From the human T2T-CHM13v2.0 reference genome, Homo sapiens, in the NCBI RefSeq assembly GCF_009914755.1, contig NC_060946.1: DNA of 64,000 bases. The stretch is one strand, 5' to 3'. A program made the position numbers and the translations under genes. How positions within the stretch are numbered: position 1 is the stretch's first letter; each line of letters starts with the position of its first letter. Below are positions 40,561 through 60,386 of this stretch, in pieces. The notes beneath the pieces are model-generated. The model saw only the letters and a program-made list of their open reading frames with translations. It made no database searches and was not told where the DNA came from.

Positions 40561-42119
40561 TTTAAAGACATTTTTTAAAGGAAGGAAGTCTATCCAGCTT
40601 AGACACCTAAAGTGGACAAGATAGTGGAAGAAAAGAAAATCGTGCTGTAATCTTGCATAAAAATATATACAGATATACAAAAAAAAAGATACCAGCAACT
40701 CGTATCCAGCATTGGAGATCATTACCAAGTAGGGTTTTACACAGGAATTCTAAAACAGTTCAACATCAGAAAAATCTATTATTGTGATACACAAAAGTAA
40801 CAGAATATAAAGGAACACATATCTCCTAAATAGATACAAAATGGCATTGGATAAAACCCAATACCCATTCAGGATAAAAAATGCTTAGCAAAGAATAGAA
40901 AGTAACTTTTTTGATGTGATCAAGACTTTCAGAACCCTTCAGCAAACTCCAGAAGCCATTTCATTAACGTTGGCAACCAGGCGAGGAGGCTGCTGCTCAC
41001 TGCTTCTATTCTATCTGTATTAGGTCTTTGACAAGCAGAAAAGGAAGAAAGAAAAATTAAGGAAATACAAATGTGGGGAAGGAAGGGCCAAAAGTCTTCA
41101 TAACTTGGGAACCATATAATTTTTTTTTTAAATACATAACACCTTTATGGAGACTTCCTGGAGAAATAATTTACGTAGTATACACAATTCCCTTTGGTAA
41201 AGTGAACAATTCAGTGGTTTCAGCGTATTCACAGAGTTGTGTAGCCATCACCACAATCAATCTGAGAACATTTTCATCATTGCGAGAAGGAAGCCAGCTC
41301 CCATGTGCCGCCTCTCTGCATTCCTCCCTTCCACCTACCACTGGCAGCAACTCATCTACTTCCTGTCTCTACGGATTTGCCTATTCTGGACATTTTATTT
41401 AAATGAAATCATAGAACTCTTGGCCTTTTGTGTCTTACTTCTTCCACTTAGCATAATGTTTATAACATTTATCCACCTGCAGCATATAGCAATACTTCAT
41501 CCCTTTGTATTAACAAATAAAATTCCATTGTGGGATTATAACACATTCTTTTTATGTGTGAGTTGTTTCTCCTTTTGTGGCTATTATGAATAATGATGTT
41601 ATGAACATTTGTGTACAAGTTGTTTTCTGAACATGCATTTTTGTGGCTCCTGGGAATATACTTGGGAGTGCATTTCTGGGTCATGGAACAATTCCATGTT
41701 CATACTCTGAGAAAATGCATGACTGTTTACCAAAGAAGCCGCTCCATTTTATAATCCCACCAGCCATGTGCAAGGGTTAGAATCCTTCCACATTGTCTCC
41801 TGCTCCATTTTGCAATCCTTCCGGCAGTGTACACAGGTTCTAATCCTTCCACATTGCCTCCGACACTTGTAATTATTTTTTCTACTATAGCCATCCTAGT
41901 GGGTTTGAAGAGGTAACTCATTGTGATTTTGATTTGCATTTATCTGATGGCTGCAGATGCTGGGCAGCTTTCTGTGCACTGAATGACCATTTGTTTATCC
42001 TCTTGGGGAACAATGTCTGTTATTACAGAATCCTCATCCATTTTTAACTGGGACATTGTCTGTTTATTACTGAGTTGCAAGAGTTCTTTATATATCCTGG
42101 ATACAAGTCCCTTATTTGA

Positions 42120-42781
<662 letters not shown>

Positions 42782-43287
42782 TCAATTTTCTTGATGGTGT
42801 CCTTTGGAGCACACAAGTTTGTAATTTTGATGATGGCCAATTAACCTATTTTTATTTTGTTGCTTATGTTTTTGATGTAATATCTAAGAAATAATTGCCT
42901 AATTAAATATCATGAAGATGTATGCCTATTTCTGAGTGTTATAGTTTTAGCTCTTATGTTTAAGAGCTAATTTTTGTATGTGCTACATTTTGAGTTAATT
43001 TTTGTATATGTTGTGAGGTAGGGGTCTAACTTCATTCTTTTGCATGTGGATACACAATTGTCTCAGCACCATTTGTTGAAAAAGACTATTCTTTCTCCCA
43101 CTGAATTGTCTTGGCACCCTCTTCAGAAATCAATTAACCATAGATATATGGGGTTATTTCTGGACTCTCAATTCTAGTCTACTGATGCCTATCTATCCTT
43201 ATGCCAGTACCACCCTGTCTGAATTATAGTAACTTTGTAGTAAGTTTTGAAATTGGAAGGTGTGAGTTATTCAACTTTGTCGTCCTC

Positions 43288-43500
43288 TTTGTTTTGAGAC
43301 AGGATCTCACTCTGTTGTCCAGGCTGGAGTCCAGTGGTGTGTCCAGTGGTGTGTTCACAGCTCACCGCAGCCTCAATCTCCCAAGCTCAAGTAATCCTCC
43401 CACCTCAGCCTCACAGGTAGTTGGGACCACAGGTATGTGCCACCATGCCTGGCATTTTTTTTTTTTTAAGAGACAGGGTCTTCCTATGTTGCTGAGGCTG
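43288..43500 (-). mobile_element. 5'-truncated AluJ-like fragment
   Basis: Right monomer plus part of the left; 12-bp internal duplication gtccagtggtgt. Confidence 0.85.
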
Positions 43501-43990
43501 GAGTTGTTCTTTTATCAAGACTGTTTTGGCCACCCCAAGTCCCTTGATTTTACATATAGATTTCCGGATCAGCTTGTCTATAGCTGTAAAAAAGCCTGCT
43601 GGGATTATTATGGAGATTGTGTTGAAAATGCAGAACAATTTGGGGAGTGTAGCCATCTTAACAATATTAATGCTTTCTACCCATGAACATGGATGTCTTT
43701 CCAGTTATTTAGATCTTTAATTATTCAAAATGTTTTGTAATTTTCATAGTATGCTTTGTGCTTATTTTGTTAAAATTATTTCTGAGTATTTTTTTTCCAT
43801 GGTGTTTTTAATGGAATTATTTTTCATAGTTTCCTTTTTGGAATGTTATTGATTTTACCTCTTATAACCTTGGTGAACACACTTATTAGGTTAACAGTGT
43901 TTTGGTTAAACCTTATGGTTTTCTGTGTACAAGGTCAAGATATCTGCAAATTAGATAGTTTTAATTCTTTACTTACAATCTAGATGCCAT

Positions 43991-44026
<36 letters not shown>

Positions 44027-45385
44027 ATTACTAACTGCCCTGGAAACAACTTCCAGTACAATCTTGAATAGAGGCAGTGAGAGCAGACATCCTTGTCTTG
44101 TTTCTGAACTGAGGAGAAAAGCATTTTATCTTTCACCATTACGGTATTAGCAATGGATTTTTTCACAGATGCTTTTTAACGGGTTGAAGAATTGACCTTC
44201 TAATCCTACTTTGTTAAGGGTTTTTTTAATGCAAAGGTGTTGAATTTTTGTCAAATGCTTTTTATGTGTCAAGATGATCGTATGGGTTTTGCTTGCTATC
44301 TTTTATTCTGTTGACATCTTGTGTTACATTAATTGATTTTCTGAAATTCCTGGGAAAAAAATCCTACTTGGTCATGATCTCTATTCCTCTTTATCTATTG
44401 CTGAGTTTGGTTTCCTGATATTTTGTTAAGATTTCTGTGTCTGTATTTACAAGCTACATTAGTCTCGTTTTTTTTCTTTTTATGTCTTTCTCTGGTTTTG
44501 AAGTCAGGGTAATACTGGCCTAATAGAAGGCATTAGACTGTATTCCTTCCTCTTGCATTTTCTGAAAGAGTTTGTGATGCATTGGTATTACTTCTTTAAA
44601 TTTTTTGGTAGAATTCACAGAGAAGTCATCTGTGCCTAGGCTTTTCTTTGTATTTTTTAATGCTAATTCTATTATTTTACTTTCTATAAGTATATTCATA
44701 TTTTCTATTTCTTGTGAGTCAGTTTCAACAGTTTATGTTTTTTTAGACATTCGTCCATTTCATCTAAGTCATCAAATTTGTTAGCACACACTTGTTCATG
44801 GTATTCCCCAATAATCCCCCTTTTTCCCATAAGGTCAACAGCAATGTTCTTTTATTCCTGATTTCAGAAACTTGAGCCTTCTCTATACTTTCTTGCTCAC
44901 TAATTTTTGTTGATTTTGTTAATCTTCTTAAAAGAATCCATTTTATTTAATTGAATTTTTAAGTCCTTGGTTTGAAATGTGTCTTCTTTTTTAATATATG
45001 AGTATACAGCTATAAAGTTCCCTCTGAGCACTGCATTATCTGCATCACAGAAGTTTTGGTACATTTGTATCTTTATTTGTATCTACCACAGAGCTTTTCA
45101 AATTTAACTGTAATTTCTTCTTGACACATCAGTTACTTAGAAGTGTGTTATTTACAAATATGTAGATGTTAAATTTTCAAAATTTCTTGCTGTTATTGAT
45201 TTCTAATTCCATTCTATTCCAATTGGAGATACTTTGTATAATTTCAGTTCCTTAACGTTTATGGAAGCTTGTTTTATGGCCTAGCATATGATCAGAGAAT
45301 TTTCCAGATGCTCTTGAAAAGAATGTGTATTTCACTGCTGTTGGGTGGAGTGGTTTGTACATGTCTCTTAGATATCGTTGGTTCA

Positions 45386-48207
<2,822 letters not shown>

Positions 48208-48562
48208 GGCTATGAATGGGGTATTTATGTTTCCCTAAAATCCATATATAGAAGCCTAAATCCCCAATGTGGTATTTGGAAATGGGACCTTTGGGAGGTA
48301 ATTAGGTCATAGGTGTGGAGGCTTCATGAATGGGATTGGTGCCCTTATAAGGAGACAAAGAGACAGAAGTTCCCTCTCTTCAATCTTATGAAGATACAAG
48401 AAGACGGCTGTCTGCAAACCAAGAAAGGGGCTGTCACCATACACTGAATCTGCCAGCACCTTGACCTTGGCCTCCTGGCCTCCAGAAACTTTGAGCAATC
48501 AATGTTTGTTATTAAGCCACTCAGTCTATGGCATTTTGTTATAGCAGCCAAAAACTAAGACA
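48208..48562 (+). mobile_element. MLT1A-like LTR
   Basis: 'taagccactcagtctatggcattttgttatagcagcc..actaagaca' end; TSD ATATC. Confidence 0.9.
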
Positions 48563-48637
48563 ATATCTTTCATGAACATGTTTCAAAAGAGAGATAGCAA
48601 GATTTGGGATAATTATAGTAAAATAACATAATACTAT

Positions 48638-49341
48638 TGCTGTAGGAAAAAAAAATGGGTTCTTGTCACACAACCAGGAAAGATTAGGCTGATGGACACA
48701 TGGAAGGATAAGGAGTAGGATTTATTGGGCAAAAAGGAAAAAATTCTCAGCAAATCGAGAGGAGTTTCTGTTAACAGGCCTCCATTTCACAGACTGAATC
48801 CCAGGTTACCACACACGAACAGAAAAGGCCAGGCTCCTGCCCACTGCAAGTGGCACCAAATTCCTGAGGTCCCACCCCGTCCTCCCAGTGTGCAGGTCGG
48901 CATTATTCTGACAGAATCAGTCAGGGCCGGGCACGGTGGCTCACGCCTGTAATCCCAGCACTTTTGGAGGCTGAGGTGGGCGAATCACTTGAGGTCAGGA
49001 GTTCAAGACCAGCCTGGCCAACATAGTGAAACGCTGTCCCTACCAAAAATACAAAAATTAGCCAGGCATTGTGGCACACACCTGTAATCCTAGCTACTCA
49101 GGAGGGTGAGGCAGGAGAATTGCTTGAACCCAGGAGGTGGAGGTTGCAGTAAGCCAAGATTGCACTACTGCACTCCAGCCTGGGCAACAGACAGGAAAAA
49201 AAAAAAAAAAAAAAAAAAGGATCAGTCAGGAAAGGGTGGGCTTCATCCAGGACTGGCTGTCTGGTTTTTTAAACTTCAGGCTATTTTAGGTTTGAAGGCA
49301 GGGTTTCGCAGGGGACCCTTGGCTACCTCCTGTCTCTATCA
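48638..49341 (-). mobile_element. ERV1 solo LTR (MER61-like, subfamily uncertain), split by an Alu
   Basis: Minus strand begins TGATAGAGACAGGAGGTAGCCAAGGGTCCCC; contains AATAAA; TSD ctat/ctaa. Confidence 0.75.
48925..49218 (+). mobile_element. Alu (AluSx/Sz-like)
   Basis: Full dimer with long A tail; TSD agaatcagtcag / aggatcagtcag. Confidence 0.97.
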
Positions 49342-49389
49342 CTAATAGTAGATAATATTTATCAAAGGGTTGCTAAGTCTCACCAGCAG

Positions 49390-49947
49390 TGCAAGATTAG
49401 AGATAACCAGGTCTACGCACATGTGTGTCCTTCCACAAAGTCAGTCAATATTGCAAACCATAGATAATAGTATACTTAATACATAAATGTTATAGATTAA
49501 ACATTCCACAAACAGACAAAAAGTAACATTTAACATCAAGAGAATAGAGATAGGAGAAAGGTTTAACAAACCAGTCCAGGGAGAGCAACGAAGCCAAAAA
49601 GAATCTCCTGGTCTGGGCCAGGCAGTCCTTTGGTCCTGCAAGGAAGAGTCTTTGATGTGGCAGAGCCTTTGGTAGCCAATGCTGGGTTCTCATCATGAGT
49701 GACAGCAAGACTGAGTCTGTTAAGACCGCAGTTTTGAGCTGTTTATGACCATAGAGTCCTCTGGTGAGGACTGACAGTGGAGGAGCGTGCTTGTTTATGT
49801 CCTTATCTGGCTGGATGCAGTCTTTTTTTTTTTTTTTTTTTTTTTATTAAGCAAATCATCTTGTCCTTGCTGGCAAAGTGTCCTATGAAATATAAAATAG
49901 AGTCCTTTTCTAAGATGGAGTTAGTTATGTCAAGACTGCTCTGTGCA
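49390..49947 (-). mobile_element. ERV solo LTR (LTR47-like, uncertain)
   Basis: Minus strand TGCACAGAGCAGTCTTGACATAACTAACTCCATCTTAGAAAAGGACTC; TG..CA termini; inserted in a MIR. Confidence 0.55.
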
Positions 49948-50329
49948 ATAAGACAGAGGCATTGCTCTATGTGCTCTAAACATTCTGCTTTGTTCTCCTT
50001 TCATAACAACCTTATGAAGTAGCTACTATTATTTCTGTTTTATACAGAAGAACACTGAATCTAAGTGTAGTACTGAAGTTGCTTGAAGTATTACAGCTAA
50101 CAGGTGGAGGAGCTGGGGTATAAATCCAGACTGCCTGGCTTCAGAGCCTGTTCCATTAACATACAAAATTCAAGTCCACTCCTGTATTCTAGTAACAACA
50201 ACTGAGAAACTATAATGGAAGGAATAAGAGATGATGAATACACTTAAGATAATAGCAAAAAACTCTAAGGTACCTAGGAATGTATCTATCTAACAGCATA
50301 TGTGCACAACACATATGGAGAGCATATAT

Positions 50330-51805
<1,476 letters not shown>

Positions 51806-52770
51806 AAATGCCTCAAGACTCATCTGCGATTCCATCCTCAGCCTTGTCACCCCTCGGTCCCCACCCCACCATGGTGCTTGCTGTGTGTTTTCTTGACCTT
51901 GCTGTTCACCTAACCCCCTGGAAGGTGCTGTCCCAACCTCACCTGTGTCCCCTTTCTGGGCTGCTTACCTAGACCACTTGGCCTGGGCTGGCTGTGCCCA
52001 GGGGGAGGCTGGGAACATCGGCCGGCTACGCCCTGAGGTAGCTCAGATGCCAGTGTCCCACGGTGAGGACACCTCCGAGGCCGGCTCCGTGTCATCTGCT
52101 GGATGGGGCTGAACCCCAGTTGTCCTTCATGGGAATCTTCTCCTGAACCTTGCTGTGTGGGCTGCTTTCTCTTCCTTCCACCAGAGCTTCCTGGATGAAG
52201 CCCAGCATAAATGTCTTGTGCTTATCCCCATTCTGGAGGCTTCCAAGCAAGCGTAAACTCTGAAAGGGCAGGGGCCGTGAGTGCTGACTGCTTCTCTGGT
52301 CACCGTCTCACGGCCTGCCACAGACCTGTGCAGGATAAGGTGGCTACATGAATAACCAAAGGAAGGCGTGGCTGCTGGAGTGAAGTTGTAATGCACACCT
52401 ACGTGTTCCAGGAAGAGGAAGTTTAGAGTTCACAAACACATCTTAGTGTTTAGACTTACTTCTGAATGTAAAGGCCCCTAGCACAACAGAAAGGGCATTT
52501 AAGGAGAGAAAGCTTAGGAACTCTGACACCTAGGAACTTGCTCTGAGATTTCACCACTCCTGTGTCCTTTCGTTAATCTGCCAGATGTTCCTGATCAGCC
52601 AATGTTTGGAAGAAGGGTAGTTACTGGTCTGCAGCAGGGCACTGGGGCAGGACGCGAGGAGGAAGGCACTGCTTTGGGCCCGGGCAAGGGCCAACTATAT
52701 GTGACCCCAGGAGCTCCCCTTTTCCACCCCAGGGGCCCCACCTTTGTGTCCAGAGGCCCCTCTACCTAAC

Positions 52771-54110
52771 TGTGTCCTGCATTCGTGGGTTCTTGGTCTC
52801 ACTGACTTCAAGAACGAAGCCACGGACCCTTGCAGTGAGTGTTACAGCTCTTAAGGTGGTGCGTCTGGAGTTTGTTCCTTCTGATGTTCGGACGTGTTCG
52901 GAGTTTCTTCCTTCTGTGTGGGTTCGTGGTCTAGCTGGCTCAGGAGTGAAGCTACAGACCTTCGCGGTGAGTGTTACAGCTCTTAAGACGGCGCATCTGG
53001 AGTTGTTCATCCCTCCCGGTGGGCTCGTGGTCTCGCTGGCTTCAGGAGTGAAGCTGCAAACCTTAGCGGTAAGTGTTACAGCTCATAAAAGCAGTGTGGA
53101 CCCAAAGAGTTAGCAATAGCAACATTTATTGCAAAGAGCAAAAGAACAAAGCTTCTACAGCGTGAAAAGGGATCCCAGCAGGTTGCCACTGCTAGCTTGG
53201 GCAGCCTGCTTTTATTCACTTATCTGGCCCCACCCACATCCTGCTGATTGGTAGACCCGAGTGGTCTGTTTTGACAGGGCGCTGATTGGTGCGTTTACAA
53301 TCCCTGAGCTAGACCCAAAGGTTCTCCAAGGCCCCACCAGAATAGCTAGATACAGAGTGTGGACTGGTGCATTCACAAACCCTGAGCTAGACACAGGGTG
53401 CTGATTGGTGCATTTACAATCCCTTAGCTAGACATAAAGGTTCTGCAAGTCCCCACCAGACTCAGGAGCCCAGCTGGCTTCATCCAGTGGATTCCGCACC
53501 GGGGCTGCAGGTGGAGCTGCCTGCTAGTCCCGCGCCGTGCGCCGGCACTCCTCAGCCCTTGGGCGGTGGATGGGACTGGGCGCCGTGGAGCAGGGGGCGG
53601 CGCTCGTCGGGGAGGCTTGGGCCGCACAGGAGCCCATGGAGGGGGTGGGAGGCTCAGGCATGGCGGGCTGCAGGTCCCGAGCCCTGCCCCGCGGGAAGGC
53701 AGCTAAGGCCCGGCGAGAAATCAAGCTCAGCGCCGGTGGGCTGGCACTGCTGGGGGACCCAGTACACCCTCCGCAGCCACTGGCCCGGGTGCTAAGCTCC
53801 TCACTGCGCGGGGCCGGCAGGGCTGGCCGTCTGCTCCGAGTGCGCGGCCCGCCAAGCCCACGCCCACCCGGAACTCCAGCTGGCCCGCAAGGGCCGCGCG
53901 CAGCCCGGGTTCCCGCTCGCGCCTCTCCCTCCACACCTCCCTGCAAGCTGAGGGAGCCGGCTCCGGCCTCGACCAGCCCAGAAAGGGGCTCCCACAGTGC
54001 AGCGGTGGGCTGAAGGGCTCCTCAAGTGTCACCAAAGTGGGAGCCCAGGCAGAGGAGGCGCCCAGAGCGAGCGAGGGCTGTGAGGACTGCCAGCACGCTG
54101 TCACCTCTCC
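52771..54110 (-). mobile_element. LTR12C-like (ERV9/HERV9) full-length solo LTR
   Basis: GC/CpG-rich 5' U3, 'gctgattggtgc.tttacaatccc.gagctaga' repeats, U5 repeats 'gtgagtgttacagctcttaag'; 4-bp TSD TAAC. Confidence 0.97.
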
Positions 54111-54879
54111 TAACCACCTGGACTCAGGTCAGCTCTTCCTTTCCCTCCTGTAAAATTCATCATTTGCATTTACATGTTGTTTCTAGTGTTTTTGCAAGAA
54201 TAACATTTTTATTTTTATGTGGTATATAGTAAAGTCCATCAATCGCCCCCTTTATGGTGCTTTCCTTGGATGTTTTGCATGGGAACGGCCTCCTGTCACG
54301 AGGTCAGAAAAACATCGATTTCCATTTCCCCCCAGTCCTGCCGTGGTTTCTGTCTTCACCCCATACAGCACTTACCTCCTTAATTGGCAAATGAGGTGAG
54401 GTAGGAGTCAAGCTGGAGACCTGCCCCAGAGGTGGACGATTCTGCAGCCCTTTACGGCCCTCTCTAAATGGAAATGCCACTGTGCCAGCTCCTGAATCCT
54501 AATGTGTGGAAGTGTCTGCCTGTGGCCTTATTTATTATACTCTTGCCTTAGCATCGAACTGTTTTAGTTTGTATTGCCTTATAGTCCTTTCCTCTCTCTC
54601 TTTTCAAAAAAGAAGGAACAGAGAATAAATAGCATGACTGAAGTCCATGCACCTACCAGCTAGCATGAGCAACTATTAACATTCTGGAAGTTTCCTTTAG
54701 TTATCTCTCTTTTATAAAACAAATCCAGGCCTTCAGAAAAAATTGAAGACCTCTCCAGGGTTTCTTCTCCTGTGGCTGACCCTCTCTGTCTCTCCCCAGA
54801 ATCTGTCACTGTCATGAAGTTTGTGTCACTTTTCTTTTGCAATCAACATCATGTATTTTTATTACCTAGATATATAGGT

Positions 54880-54914
54880 ACGCACGCACGCACACACACA
54901 CACACACACACACA
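54880..54914. repeat. (CGCA)n(CA)n microsatellite
   Basis: Directly visible. Confidence 0.9.
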
Positions 54915-55366
54915 TGTCTAGCAATCATAATGCTGTTCTAAGTTTTTAAAATGTACGAATATAGCATTCTATGTTATTGGCTTTTACATTTTTTTACTAG
55001 TATTTTTGAGACCTAAAATTCATTGTTACTGTTTCGTTGTATTTTTTCATATCACTCCATAGAATGTTATCTACTCATTTCTTTGTGGACTGACACTTGC
55101 AGTGCCGTGGTGGACGTTTGTGTGATGTCATTGTGGAAGATGGCGTGTTCCTTTAGGATGCCTGCCTGGGAATGGAGCGTCTAACCTGCAGAGCATCCTC
55201 TGAGGATATCGGCAGAGTTTTTAGCAGAGATGTTGTGGCAGTTTATCCCCCGCTGGCTGCATGCGTGTTCTGTTGATTTGCACATCCTTACCAATCCTTG
55301 GTGTGGCTGGAACTGGGGATGTTTACAATGCTGTTCACTGTGGTTTAATTTCCATTTCCTTGGTCA

Positions 55367-56930
<1,564 letters not shown>

Positions 56931-56931
56931 T

Positions 56932-57304
56932 CAACAGGCCTTCTTTATCCATGGGGAACACGTACCAAGACCCCTAGGGGATGTATGAAGTCACAGATAG
57001 TGCCAAACTCTATAGACACCATGTTTTTTTTTTTCCATCTAATAACCAAGGCAGCTCCTAAGTGGCGAAATGGGTGAAGAGTGTAGATAGCATGGATAGC
57101 TGGACGAAGGGATGATTCCAGGCAGAACTGGACAGGATGGAATGCAGTGGCTTGAGATTTCATCATGCTGCTCCGAACAGCATGCAATCAAAAACTTACA
57201 AATTATTTATTTCTGGAAGTTTCCATTTATTATTTTTGGACCATGGTTGAATGAGGATAACTGAAACTGTGGGAAGTCTGACTGTGGCTAAGGGGGAACT
57301 ACTA
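56932..57304 (-). mobile_element. MER44A-like TcMar-Tigger MITE
   Basis: Degenerate TIRs; 'ttatttctggaagtttccattt..ggaccatggttga..taactgaaactgtgg..taagggggaactact'. Confidence 0.85.
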
Positions 57305-57510
57305 TATCTTCACTTTTGCTATTAATGACCTCATCTGCAAAGTGGTTGTTCCAGTTGATGTACCCAAGTATCATGAGACACACATCCTTGTGGGTACCCT
57401 TCTCTCCCTCCCTGTCTTTTGTCTCTCTGTCTCTGAGACAACTTCTAGGAGGTTTGCCTATATGATTAGGCTTTCCAAAGAACCAGCTGTTAGTTTCGTT
57501 GACTGTTCTC

Positions 57511-57788
57511 TTATTTTATTTTATTTTATTTTATTTTATTTTATTTTATTTTATTTTATTTTATTTTTTTGAGATGGAGTTTCACTCTGTCACCCAGGCT
57601 GGAGTAAAATGGTGCAGTCTCGGGTCACTACAGTCTCCACTTCCTGGGTTCAAGTGATTCTCCTGCCTCAGCCTTCTGTGTAGCTGGGATTACAGGCAAC
57701 CGCCACCACACTCAGCTGAATTTTGTATTCTGCCTGCCTCGGCCTCCCAAAGCGCTGGGATTATAGGCGTGAGCCTCTGCACCCAGCC
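57511..57788 (-). mobile_element. Alu with (TTTTA)n tail and a deletion in the left monomer
   Basis: 'ttttgtattctgcctgcctcggcc' skips the B-box segment. Confidence 0.93.
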
Positions 57789-58195
57789 TTTGTTGACCCT
57801 TTTCATTTTGAGCTTGCTTTCTGTTTATCAATGTGAGCTCATCATCTTATTTATTTCCTTTCTTCTACCCTCTTGTGTCCATTCTGTTCTTTTTTCACCA
57901 TCTAAAGTAGAATATTTCGTTCATTTATTTTCCATCTTTCTTTTTTTCTTCAGCATTTGAGGCTATATATTTTCCTGTAATCATTCCCCATCTTGTTTTT
58001 CTCATTATAAAATTGGGGTAATGATCTTATCTAGTTCATTAATTTTGTTTCCCATTTATTGATTTGAGCTTGCTATCTTTACTGTTTCCTTCCTGCTTTA
58101 TTATTTTTCTTCTTTCCTTCTTGTGCTTACTCTCTTCCTTCTCAGCCTCTAAAGTGGAACACTCACTGATGTATAGTCTTTCTTATTTGTCACAG

Positions 58196-58575
58196 TGATA
58201 TGGTTTGGCTGTGTCCCCACCGAAATCTCATCTTCAGTTGTAGCTCCCATAATCCCCACATGTCATGGAAAGGAACTGGTGGGAGGTAATTGAATCATGG
58301 GGGCGGGTTTTCCCGTGCTGTTCTCGTGAGAGTGAATAAGTCTCATGAGATCTGATGGTTTTATAAAGGGCAGTTCCCCTGCGCGCGCTCTCTTGCCTGC
58401 CACCATGTAAGACGTGCCTTTGCTCCTCCTTAGCCTTTGCTCCTCCTTAGCCTTCTGCCATGATTGTGAGGCCTCTCCAGCCATGTGAAACTGTGAGTCC
58501 ATGAAACCTCTTTCCTTTACAAATTACCCAGTCTCGGGTATGTCATTATTAGCAGTGTGAGAAGAGACTAATACA
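58196..58575 (+). mobile_element. THE1 (THE1C-like) solo LTR
   Basis: TGATATGGTTTGGCTGTGTCCCCAC start, 'agactaataca' end; TSD cacag/cactg. Confidence 0.95.
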
Positions 58576-60386
58576 CACTGTCTTCAAGGGGATGCATCTT
58601 TCTGTGCTCATCATTCCAGGCCTCATATCTGTCTTCACTTTCAACACGTTTACTTTTGTCAGCCGTCCGTCCCCCGCTCCCACCCTTTCTGTCCTCCAAG
58701 CCTAGGGGCCCCTGCTGTTTAGGGATTGTCTCACCACTTTTTCACATTTCCTTCTCGAGCCTTTGTAAAACCTCACGTCTATGTGGGTGTCTGCTGGCAG
58801 TGTGACCCTCTTCCAGGTGAAGCTCTGAGAGGCCAGAGGCCTTAGCTGTCTTGCTCTCTCCTGCATCCTTAGCACTCAGCAGGCATCCTGGGTCTTGGTA
58901 GAATCCTGACAACATTGGTGAGTGATTTGGGGCAAGGGAGGGATAGGGAAGCATAAGTGGTTTGTCCATGCTGTGGCATGTGTCAGAATTTTATTCCTTT
59001 TTATGGCCAAATAATATTTCAGTGCATGTGTATACTACATTTTGTTTATCCATTTGTCTGTTGATAGGCATGTGGGTTGCTTCCACCTCTTGGCGATTGT
59101 AAGTTGCCCAATACTTTACTGTGTTGACACACCACTGAGTTTCAGGAAGAGCCATCTGTGTTATCATTGCTTCCACTTCACAGTTGAGGAATCCGATTCC
59201 TAGGGACTAGGGGAATTTTATTTCTTCAAGGTACATGGAAAGTGACAAAGAAGACAGGTGGACCTCCACTAAAACATTCAATCTGTGGGCTCAGGGATTT
59301 GGTCTGGCTTAGTCATTATGGCATTCCTGGTTCTAGAACAGTCATTGACACATAGCAGATGCTCCACAGAGATTTGTAGACTGAGTGGCTGACCCACAGG
59401 CCCCCTTCTGAAACCTTGTTCTGTAACCTTCTCCTAAACCACGCTCTGTCTTTGTGCCCCTTTCTTGCAAGTGCTTTGTGATTATTGCCCGACAGAGTTC
59501 TGCAGTGAAGACAGATGAGTCTCATGAATCCTCATCAGGAATTCAGAGGGCTGTTTAGCAGTTCCACACCCAGATCACCAGGTAGAACACTTCTGCCTAA
59601 TGAAGGTCACTGAGCCCACCTTCCCATGGCTGTTCTTACTAATGAGATCTGGAGGCTACACCTGGCAGTGCTCTGCGGCCAAAAGGTTGTGTGGATTACA
59701 GAACTCTGCTTGCAAATGAATGTTTGGTGATCCCTCCCTTGAATCAGGCAGCAGTTACTCCCTTGTAGTAACTCCTTATTTAAATAAACTTGGAAAAAGT
59801 GACAACTCCAATCAAACTTACAGCAGACTTTTTGCCCCCTCCCCTTGGAAAGGCTGAAGTGACATGGTGGTTTCTAAGGTAACCAACAATAGACATCATG
59901 ATTATTAAGTGGCACAGTGAGCAGAAATGGCATGCCGGGCCACTGCAAGGCCACCCATCAGCCTTGGATGGGAGCAATAGTTTTTCCTCCAAGGCCTCCT
60001 TTTGTTCTACTTTCCTCCCCATCAGTTATAAAGCAAGGTAATTCTAGCCAGATGATTCCCAAATAGGAGGTGCTGCTCTCCTTGTTGCTTTCTGGTTGGA
60101 TTAATTTTGTTTACGCAGGTTGAGAATGGAGGGAAATTTTTCACACTGCAGAATGGTCCCTGCCTTCCTGTAAGACAGAAATGCTGAGAAAGTTGAAACC
60201 AGGGAAAGGCTGAAGGGCTTACAATGCATTCGCCCACCTCTGCATCCCGATAACCCAGCCCTGCCTGCCCCAAATGCCCAGTCTTACTTGCAGTGTAGAC
60301 CACTGCCTTGTCTTTCAGATTAAGTCTGCATGTGGCTCCAGTGAGACAATTTATTGTGTTCAACTTCAATCTCCCCAGGGTGTTGT

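Noticed and set aside
53424-54229. Cluster of Arg/Pro/Ala-rich ORFs and apparent CpG island
   Set aside because: Explained by the GC-rich U3 of LTR12C
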